Shown: in pieces, positions 56,918 to 64,000 of the stretch
How positions within the stretch are numbered: the first letter of the stretch is position 1
How the letters are laid out: each line of letters begins with the position of its first letter
From: Candidatus Aenigmatarchaeota archaeon
GTDB taxonomy: Archaea; Aenigmatarchaeota; Aenigmatarchaeia; QMZP01; QMZT01
DNA: 64,000 nt
Assembly (NCBI GenBank): GCA_963726265.1
Contig: CAVSBQ010000002.1
Coordinates: forward strand, 768,001 to 832,000
Direction: 5' to 3'
Position numbers and translations under genes: made by a program
Notes under the pieces: generated by a model
What the model was told of the DNA's origin: nothing
The model's input: the letters and a program-made list of their open reading frames with translations, nothing else
Databases searched by the model: none

Positions 56918-57828
56918 AGATGAACAACAAGGAAATGTTCGGGACGACGCTAGCGATATTCGCAGCGGTGGTCAGCGGCATTGCCATACCCCTGAACAAG
57001 ATTTTCGTCGTCGACATCGACCCGGCCGTCTTCACAGCAGTCCGCGCCGTGATAATAGGCCTCGTTTTCCTTCTTATATCGTTCCAGACGCACGGCATGA
57101 GCAGGAAGCTGTTCAGGCACGACTGGAAGTATTTCATCTTCATCGCGGTCGTCGGAGGCGCGCTCGCATTCCTGATGTTCTTCACCGGCCTGAAGCTCAC
57201 GACCGCTGGCAGGGCGGCCTTCATACAGAAAACGCTGCCCATTTACATCGCCTTATTCGCGTTCGCCTTCCTGAAGGAAAAAATCCCGAGGAAGCAGTTC
57301 GCCGCGCTCGCGGTCATGCTGGTGGGGCTGCTGCTCATCGTTTCGACGCAGATAAACCCCGCCGAGCTATGGATGGACCCGCAGCTCGGCGACATGCTGG
57401 TCCTGGGAGCGACGGTGCTGTGGGCGCTCGAAAGCGTGGCCGCCAAGAAGGTCATGAGCGACGGCGCGAAGAACTCGATAGTCTCGTTCGCCAGGATGTT
57501 CTTCGGAGGGCTCGTGCTTTTCGGTGCGGTGGCGCTCACGAACAAGTTCAGTGCCCTTTTCACGCTCACAGTGCAGCAGTGGAACAACATATTCGTTTCG
57601 ACGGTAGTGCTGTTCGGCTACGTCCTGTTCTGGTTCTGGAGCCTGCGCTACATCAACGTTTCAAAGGCTTCGATACTGCTGCTGATTGCGCCAGTCGTTT
57701 CGCTCGTGGCGGGCGTCATGTGGCTCGGCGAGCCCGCGCCGCTCATGCAGCTCGTCGGCAGCGCGGCCATCCTGATAGGCGCGTATTTCGTGGCCAACAT
57801 AAGAAGCGAGATGAAGACGGGCGTTTAA
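56914..57828 (+). CDS. EamA/DMT-family transporter
   Basis: About 10 TMs in two EamA repeats (FLKEKI, LGEP). Overlaps the upstream stop. Confidence 0.9.
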   Translation: MKMNNKEMFGTTLAIFAAVVSGIAIPLNKIFVVDIDPAVFTAVRAVIIGLVFLLISFQTHGMSRKLFRHDWKYFIFIAVVGGALAFLMFFTGLKLTTAGRAAFIQKTLPIYIALFAFAFLKEKIPRKQFAALAVMLVGLLLIVSTQINPAELWMDPQLGDMLVLGATVLWALESVAAKKVMSDGAKNSIVSFARMFFGGLVLFGAVALTNKFSALFTLTVQQWNNIFVSTVVLFGYVLFWFWSLRYINVSKASILLLIAPVVSLVAGVMWLGEPAPLMQLVGSAAILIGAYFVANIRSEMKTGV

Positions 57829-58037
57829 CGTTTTCCGCGATGAAAATAGCAATACCCTATTCCCACATTTAACCTCAGCGCGATTTGTGGACACATGTTA
57901 TCTGCCACCGGATATACTCTCTTTTCTTGAGATGTGCCCGATAATCTCTCTATTGCATGGACTCTGAAATGCGCCAGTTCAGCTTCTGTAACAGCAACTG
58001 GGTGAAACAACGGATAGAAAGGATCTTCTCGTCCCAT
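57825..58037 (-). CDS. Possible small AT-rich hypothetical protein
   Basis: 70-codon ORF from ATG 58037 filling the gap after yggS. No motif recognised. Confidence 0.3.
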   Translation of the reverse strand: MGREDPFYPLFHPVAVTEAELAHFRVHAIERLSGTSQEKRVYPVADNMCPQIALRLNVGIGYCYFHRGKR

Positions 58038-58059
58038 TCTTATAAAAGCGAAGAAAAGT

Positions 58060-58785
58060 TTATAAAATCTTATTGTTCCATGCCTTTCTTTCGCCAAAGA
58101 TGGCCGTGCCGACCCTGACCATGTTCGCCCCTTCTTCTATCGCTGCGGCGAAGTCGCCGCTCATGCCCATCGAGAGATAGCGCATCTCAACATGCGGGAT
58201 TTCTTTTGCAGCAAGCGAATCGAACAGTTTTTTCATGCCGCGGAAGACGGGCCTCGCTTTTTCCGGGTTGTCGAAGAGCGGGCCGATGGTCATTAGCCCC
58301 TGAATTTTTATGCCTTCAAACCTTGAAGCGCATTTCAGGAAATTTTCCAGCTCGCAGGCGCGGATGCCGAAATGCTTTTTATCGTCCGTGAGCACCTCGA
58401 CGAGAACGGGCATGCGCTTTCCCGTTTCGAGCGCTGCGCCGCTTATTTTTTCCGCAAGCTTCAGCGAGTCGACCGATTGGACCATGTCGCATAGTGCGAC
58501 TGCCTTCCTCGCCTTGCTGCCCTGCAGGTGGCCGATGAAATGCTTCCTCGCATCCGGGAAAAGCGGGAATTTTCGTTCGGCTTCCTGGATGCGGTTCTCC
58601 CCGATGTCCGCAAGGCCGGAATCAAGCGCTTCTTTTATGCGCTCCGGAGCGAAGGTCTTAGACACTCCCACAAGAACTATAGCCTCCGGATTCCTGCCGC
58701 TCCTCGCTGCCGCTTCCGCTATCGCTCTCCTGACAGAAACCAGATTTTCACTTATGCGCTTTTTATCCGCTTCCCCGCATTCCAT
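58060..58785 (-). CDS. yggS: YggS-family PLP homeostasis protein
   Basis: VGVSK, GENRIQE, HFIGHLQ, GLMTIG, LSMGMSGD and VRVGTAIFGER. Confidence 0.95.
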   Translation of the reverse strand: MECGEADKKRISENLVSVRRAIAEAAARSGRNPEAIVLVGVSKTFAPERIKEALDSGLADIGENRIQEAERKFPLFPDARKHFIGHLQGSKARKAVALCDMVQSVDSLKLAEKISGAALETGKRMPVLVEVLTDDKKHFGIRACELENFLKCASRFEGIKIQGLMTIGPLFDNPEKARPVFRGMKKLFDSLAAKEIPHVEMRYLSMGMSGDFAAAIEEGANMVRVGTAIFGERKAWNNKIL

Positions 58786-59256
58786 TCAGACCCTTCTGGT
58801 AAGCAGCTCGACGTGGTCGGCGACGTTCTGCAGCGCCCTGGAGAAGCCTGGGTTTATGCCGACGATTATGATGGTCTTCCCCTTTTCCTTGGCGAGCTGT
58901 AGCGCAGGCAGGTAATCCGCGTCCCTCGAGGCCAGCGCTATAACGTCAATCCTGTCGTTGAACGCGGCATTGACAATTTCGACGGCGACGCTGACGTCCA
59001 CGTCGGCTTCGGCCTCGCCGGCGAGCACGACTTTCGGCTCGAGGCCCTGGTTGGCGACCGCCTCTATGAGCTTGTCCGGGGCGTGCTGGTTCAGGAAAAC
59101 CTTGCCCATGATTATCCTCCCGTGCTTCTCCACGCTTCTCCTCAGCTCGTCAAGGTCTATGCTGAACTCGCGCCTTATTATGTTAGGGCCGTCGACGAAC
59201 AGCGCGACGTTCCTCTTGCTGCCTTCTCTCTTTCGGTTGAAAAACACGATTATCAC
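58786..59256 (-). CDS. NYN domain protein (TIGR00288/LabA-like, PIN fold)
   Basis: FVDGPN, DVDV and LASRDADYLP. Confidence 0.88.
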   Translation of the reverse strand: MIIVFFNRKREGSKRNVALFVDGPNIIRREFSIDLDELRRSVEKHGRIIMGKVFLNQHAPDKLIEAVANQGLEPKVVLAGEAEADVDVSVAVEIVNAAFNDRIDVIALASRDADYLPALQLAKEKGKTIIIVGINPGFSRALQNVADHVELLTRRV

Positions 59257-59396
59257 CGCTTATTTTTATTTGGCAAAAGTGTCATTCTGCGATTCCCAAG
59301 ACATTCCACCAGATTAATTTATAAATAAAACCCAATATTAAAAAGATTTAATATATCAAATGCAATAATTAGGAATTGAAACGGCGGTGTTTTGCC

Positions 59397-60590
59397 ATGT
59401 TCGAGAACATTCCAAGCAAATACGACGTCATAGTCGTGGGAGTCGGCCCGGCAGGCTCATCGGTGGCGAGGTTCTGCGCTGAAAAGGGCCTTAGCGTCCT
59501 CGCAGTCGAGAAGCGCCAGGAAATCGGCAGCCCGAAGCGATGTGGGGAAGGCCTTTCAAAAGCGGCCGTGGAAAGGATGGGCATAAAGGTCGACGAGGCG
59601 TGGGTCAGCCGCGTCATACGAGGGGCAAGCATCTACGCCCCGAACGGCAAGAAAATAACCGCCGACTTCATGGGGCCGGAAGGCTGGGTCATAGAAAGGA
59701 AAACGTTTGACAAATACCTTGCGAGAATCGCTGCCCAGGCCGGCGCAAGAATCCTCACGAAAACCGAAGTCATCAGCGTTTGCAGGAAAGGCAGGGGATT
59801 TGCGGCCGAGATGTGGTCTGGCGGCGAGATGTTCGAGGCCGAGTGCAGAGTCCTGGTCGCGTGCGACGGCGTGGAATCGCGCATACCCAGGATGGTCGGC
59901 ATAGACACGACCCTTCCCCTGGCGGACTTATGCTCGTGCGCCCAGTTCGAGATGACGGGCATAAGCATAGACCCGGACATGATCGAGCTCTACTTCGGCA
60001 ACGCTATCGCGCCGGGCGGATACGTCTGGATATTCCCGAAGGGCAAGGACACCGCGAACGTCGGCATAGGCGTGCGCAAGCCGTTCTCCAAGAAAGCCGC
60101 GGTCAAATACCTCAGGGCTTTCATAAGCAGCAGGGATTCGCTTCGGAAAGGCTCGACCATCGAGATGAATTCGGGCGGCGTGCCCGTGGGCGGCTTCCTG
60201 AAAAGCATGGTCGATGACAATTTCATGATAGTGGGCGACGCCGCGCACCAGGTCAACCCGATACACGGCGGAGGCATAGCGGAGGCGTATGTCGCCGGCC
60301 GCATAGCGGCCGAGACGATCGCGAAGGCTGCGAAAAAACACGACTTTTCCAAGAAGGCGCTTTACGAATACGAAAAGAGATGGTGGCATGAGCGCGGGGA
60401 GAAGCTGAAGAAAACCCTGAAGCTCCGCATGGTCATCGAGAGCCTGAGCGACGACGAGCTGAACTGGCTGGCCGGCTACCTCAAGGGCGAGGAGCTGGTT
60501 GAGCTTGCGCATTCGTCGGGCTTCAAGCGCCTGGCCATGCTGCTGATGAAAAAGCCGAGGCTTATCATCATCGCGAAAAAGCTTTTATAG
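59397..60590 (+). CDS. Geranylgeranyl reductase family (digeranylgeranylglycerophospholipid reductase-like)
   Basis: GVGPAGS, EIGSPKRCGEG, PGGYVWIFPKG and GDAAHQVNPIHGGGI. Confidence 0.92.
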   Translation: MFENIPSKYDVIVVGVGPAGSSVARFCAEKGLSVLAVEKRQEIGSPKRCGEGLSKAAVERMGIKVDEAWVSRVIRGASIYAPNGKKITADFMGPEGWVIERKTFDKYLARIAAQAGARILTKTEVISVCRKGRGFAAEMWSGGEMFEAECRVLVACDGVESRIPRMVGIDTTLPLADLCSCAQFEMTGISIDPDMIELYFGNAIAPGGYVWIFPKGKDTANVGIGVRKPFSKKAAVKYLRAFISSRDSLRKGSTIEMNSGGVPVGGFLKSMVDDNFMIVGDAAHQVNPIHGGGIAEAYVAGRIAAETIAKAAKKHDFSKKALYEYEKRWWHERGEKLKKTLKLRMVIESLSDDELNWLAGYLKGEELVELAHSSGFKRLAMLLMKKPRLIIIAKKLL

Positions 60591-60624
60591 TCGCCGGGCA
60601 TTAAAAGGAATCCGGAGCGGTAAA

Positions 60625-61290
60625 ATGAAATGCAGGAGATGCGGCAGCGCTTTGAAGGAAGGATGGAAGTTCTGCCCCAGCTGCGGCTTCCTGCTGGAGA
60701 AAGAGCAGCACGGCGCTTTCAGCGACGTTTTCGAGAGGATGGAGCACGAAATGAAAGACATGAACAGGGCTTTCGAAAAGAATTTTGAGTTTGCCGACCT
60801 TATGCCGATGTTCCCCAGGAACACGAGGCCGGTGAGAGGCAGCGGCTTCTCCATAAGGATATCGCAGTCAGGCGACGGGAGGCCGAAGGTCGACGTCCAG
60901 ACTTTCGGCGACGTTAACAGGAAGCAGGTCGAGAGCGAGGCCAGCAGGCTCGGCTTCAGGGACCGCCTTTCAAAGGCGCTCAAGCCTGAAAAAAAGGAGC
61001 AGGAACCGCAGCGGCCAGGGCAGAGCAGGGGCGTGTGCCTCGCCGCGGCGAAAACGACGGAAGAGCCCGAGACGTGCGTCAGGAACGTCGCCGGCAGGAT
61101 AGTGGCCGAGATAAAGCTGCCCGGCGTGAAGGGACCTGAAGACATCGAGATAAAGCAGCTCGACAATTCAATCGAGCTGAAGGCCATCGCAGGCGACAAG
61201 GCGTATTTCAAGATCCTCACCAAGCCGCCGCAGAAGGCCATCGCCAGGCGGGAGTTCAGGAAAGGGACGCTCTTCGTAGAATTCGCGTAG
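60625..61290 (+). CDS. Zinc-ribbon + Hsp20/alpha-crystallin-like protein
   Basis: CRRCG...FCPSCG, then C-terminal EEPET...IKLPGV...IELKA...FRKGTLFVEF. Confidence 0.8.
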   Translation: MKCRRCGSALKEGWKFCPSCGFLLEKEQHGAFSDVFERMEHEMKDMNRAFEKNFEFADLMPMFPRNTRPVRGSGFSIRISQSGDGRPKVDVQTFGDVNRKQVESEASRLGFRDRLSKALKPEKKEQEPQRPGQSRGVCLAAAKTTEEPETCVRNVAGRIVAEIKLPGVKGPEDIEIKQLDNSIELKAIAGDKAYFKILTKPPQKAIARREFRKGTLFVEFA

Positions 61291-61362
61291 ATTTTCCACC
61301 CGCAGCTTTACGGTTTTTACGGAATTGTTTACAATTTATATTAGCCGTTCCAATATTTCTAT

Positions 61363-62256
61363 GTGAAAAACAAAATTCCATTTTTGCCGTTGCCATACGA
61401 CAAAGTCAGGAAAATAACAGAGCACTTTCTAGGGCTGGGCGAGAACCTTTCGAAGATGTTTCCATCGCTCGAGTTCGATTTGGAGCAGTCGGGCTTCGAC
61501 ATCTCCCCTCGCCGCTGGATGTCCGTCGCGCTTTTCGCGTTCATGTTCTATTTTACCCTCATATTCGCCACGGTTTTCATCGTCACGCTTGCCGCGAAAA
61601 TCGAGATGGTCAGGTCGCTGACCGTCGCCGGGTTTGCCGGCCTGGCTATCGGCATTGGAACGTTCATGTTCCTCAGCTTCTACCCGAAGCTCTCCGCGCA
61701 GAAAAGGGTGAACGACATAGAGAAGAACCTGCCCTACGTCCTGCACCACATCCTGGTCCAGGTGCGCTCTGGCGTCCCCCTTTATGACACGCTCGTCTCG
61801 ATAGCGAGGGGCGATTACGGCACGCTCTCGCGCGAGATGCGCAGGGTCGTGAACGAGATAAACACCGGCAAATCAGAGGCGGAAGCGCTGGAGAAGATAA
61901 CCAGGGAGACGCCGTCGTTCTTCTTCCGCCGCGTGATGTGGCAGGTCATAAACGCGCTCAAGTCCGGTGCGGACGTCGGCGTTACCATGAAGGAAATCGT
62001 CGACAACCTCGCGGTGGAGCAGAGGGTCGCCATCAAGAAATACGGCGCGCAGCTCAACCCGCTCGCCCTGATGTACATGCTTTTCGCGGTCATCTTCCCG
62101 ACGCTGGGCATAACCTTCTTGCTCGTGCTCTCGTCGTTCACGGGCATCAAGTTCAACCTGGAGCTCGTGCTCACGGGCATAATAGGCGTAATCGTGCTCT
62201 TCCAGTTCATGTTCATAGGCCTGATAAAATCGAGGAGGCCGACAGGCATAGACTGA
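61363..62256 (+). CDS. Type II secretion F-family (TadB/TadC-like) pilus platform protein
   Basis: IEKNLPYVL, RSGVPL, YGTLSREM and ALKSGAD, with TM pairs. Confidence 0.88.
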   Translation: MKNKIPFLPLPYDKVRKITEHFLGLGENLSKMFPSLEFDLEQSGFDISPRRWMSVALFAFMFYFTLIFATVFIVTLAAKIEMVRSLTVAGFAGLAIGIGTFMFLSFYPKLSAQKRVNDIEKNLPYVLHHILVQVRSGVPLYDTLVSIARGDYGTLSREMRRVVNEINTGKSEAEALEKITRETPSFFFRRVMWQVINALKSGADVGVTMKEIVDNLAVEQRVAIKKYGAQLNPLALMYMLFAVIFPTLGITFLLVLSSFTGIKFNLELVLTGIIGVIVLFQFMFIGLIKSRRPTGID

Positions 62257-62276
62257 GACGCATAAGGCGATAAGAT

Positions 62277-63230
62277 ATGATATACAGGTTTTTCCCGCAG
62301 AAATACAGGGAGGGCATCCGCGAGAAGCTGCTCTATGCGGGCATGACGGGGACGGCGGAATCCTACATCAACAAATCTTTCATGATCAGCCTCATACTCG
62401 CGGCCGCGCTCGCGGTCCTGGTGAGGGCGTATGCGCTTCCGGTTTTCATAGGCATTTTCGGAGGCGTTTTCCTGCTGGCGAACGCCTATCTCACGCTCGC
62501 CGTGGATAAGCGCAAGAACTTCGTCGAGAACGTCCTTCCAGACGCGCTCGAGCTGATGGCGGCGAACATGCGCGCGGGCTTCATACCGAGCAAGGCTCTG
62601 CTGCTCAGCGCGCGCAGCGAATTTGGCCCGCTCTCGGAGGCGATAAAGAAGTCCGGCAAGGAAATCATCACCGGCAAGTCGCTGGCAGAAGGGCTCAACG
62701 AAATACCCAAATACATAAAGTCGGACATACTGCGGCGCGCGATAACCCTGATAAACGAGGGCTCCAAGTATGGCGGCCAGCTGGTTTCGCTGCTCGATGA
62801 GAGCGCCATCGACATCCGCAGGAAGCAGGCCATAAATAAGGAGATAAAGGCGAACATCATAATGTACGGCATATTCATCGTCTTCGCCGGCGTCCTGGCC
62901 GCGCCGGTGCTTTACGCGCTGTCGCTTTACCTCATAACCACGCTCACCTCTCTCGGCGGGGCAAACGTGGCCAACGCAGAGGTGATTTCGAAAGGCGTGT
63001 CGCTGTTCAAGGGCGGGGTCAAGGTCTCGCCGGAATTCCTTTTCATGTTCTCGATATGCTCGATAATGGTAACCACGTTCTTCTCCGGCCTGATAATAGG
63101 CCTGATAGAGACGGGCAAGGAGAAGGGCGGCATAAAATACGTCCCAGTGTTCATGATAATAGCCCTGGTAGTCTTCCTCGGGGCGAACTTCGTCATAGGC
63201 CTCATGTTCTCCGGCATGATGCCTCATTAA
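62277..63230 (+). CDS. Type II secretion F-family (TadC-like) pilus platform protein
   Basis: VLPDALELMAANMRAG, EFGPLS and GGQL, with a TM cluster. Confidence 0.88.
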   Translation: MIYRFFPQKYREGIREKLLYAGMTGTAESYINKSFMISLILAAALAVLVRAYALPVFIGIFGGVFLLANAYLTLAVDKRKNFVENVLPDALELMAANMRAGFIPSKALLLSARSEFGPLSEAIKKSGKEIITGKSLAEGLNEIPKYIKSDILRRAITLINEGSKYGGQLVSLLDESAIDIRRKQAINKEIKANIIMYGIFIVFAGVLAAPVLYALSLYLITTLTSLGGANVANAEVISKGVSLFKGGVKVSPEFLFMFSICSIMVTTFFSGLIIGLIETGKEKGGIKYVPVFMIIALVVFLGANFVIGLMFSGMMPH

Positions 63231-63347
63231 TCCGGCAAATTCTATAAAGAGTTTCAAGAAAGCTTCAGAAAGATTCAACGCATACCCGCAATCAAAACAA
63301 GCGAATAGTATTTATACCAGTTTAAACCAATTATAAATTGATCAATT

Positions 63348-63812
63348 ATGAAATTTGCAAATAAGAAGGCACAGTCCGCGATGGAGTATCTGATGACGTA
63401 CGGTTGGGCAATCCTGATCGTCATAATAGTGGCGGCAGCGTTATACGCGTTAGGCGTATTCAATCCAGCGACATTCACAGGACGAACAGCGACGGGCTTC
63501 CAGACGATCGGTGCGCCGACTGACTGGGACTTGAAGCAGCGATCGGTGATTTGACATTAAAACTTGCCAACAACAAAATGTCAACTGCGCTGACCATATC
63601 ACAACATAACTGCTACAATCAGTGGCACAGGACTCAGTACATACCGACTAGACATCCGGTGCTTGGTCCGGGCGCAGCAACACAGTATAACGTTCTCGAC
63701 TGTCCGGTACTAGACACCAGGCTCAACATACTCGGTCAAAATATCCGTACTTTACAATGCTGGCGGACTCGACCACACGGACACGGGGACTGTGACTGGT
63801 ACTGTGAGTTAA
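63348..63812 (+). CDS. Archaeal type IV pilin (class III signal peptide), frameshifted in this assembly
   Basis: KKA/QSAMEYLMTYGWAILIVIIV...LGVFNP. Pilin-like text continues in shifting frames to ...DTGTVTGTVS* (TAA 63810-63812). Confidence 0.85.
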
Positions 63813-63858
63813 AGCTGAAGAGATTTCTTTTTTACTCTTTTTTGATTTTTTTATTTTT

Positions 63859-63880
63859 AGCTACGCAGACATGCGTAGCT
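63859..63880 (+). terminator. Hairpin embedded in T-tracts downstream of pilin
   Basis: AGCTACGCA-GACA-TGCGTAGCT is a perfect 9-bp stem flanked by long T runs. Confidence 0.6.
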
Positions 63881-64000
63881 TATTTTGTTTTTTGCTGTTT
63901 TTTTTTTGCCCTTGTTTAAGTTGATTGTTTTTTATACGCTTCAGACAAATCTATATTATAGCATAAACAGCGGGAATGCAGCAGGCTTTTGACTCTTGGC

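Overview
Archaeal chromosomal window, most likely a DPANN lineage such as Aenigmatarchaeota. This is inferred from GGTGA/GGAGG ribosome-binding sites, class III signal-peptide pilins, a split GMP synthase, an ADP-forming acyl-CoA synthetase, a geranylgeranyl reductase and sequon-dense giant surface proteins. The most striking part is 1-24.2 kb, a co-oriented block. It holds a >2,500-aa surface glycoprotein fused through one TM helix to a cytoplasmic HerA/FtsK/VirB4-type ATPase, a coiled-coil protein with three SHOCT-like motifs, and a paralogous 1,970-aa surface protein with the same motif in its tail. These are followed by a hypothetical gene, a MinD ATPase, a small membrane anchor and three translationally coupled long coiled-coil repeat proteins. 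I propose this block as a candidate envelope-spanning attachment/translocation machine with its own scaffold. The rest of the window holds a regulator/glmS pair, a tRNA methylthiotransferase, a pilin-like operon, SpoIIM-like and Cys-rich surface proteins, and an XPF nuclease. It also holds purF-pyrG-guaAA-guaAB-glnA-Lrp, a third giant surface protein (~2,700 aa), divergent acdB/acdA, an ornithine carbamoyltransferase, and an uncalled HypC-like ORF with a DUF6390-like gene and EamA. The 3' end carries yggS, a NYN protein, GGR, a Zn-ribbon/sHsp protein, two T4P platform genes and a pilin. Clustered frameshifts (4.1-4.7, 22.4, 40.6, 49.1-50.6 and 63.5-63.8 kb) are probably sequencing indels. I recognised no rRNA, tRNA, CRISPR array or transposase. 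All family assignments are by motif recognition only; no searches were run.
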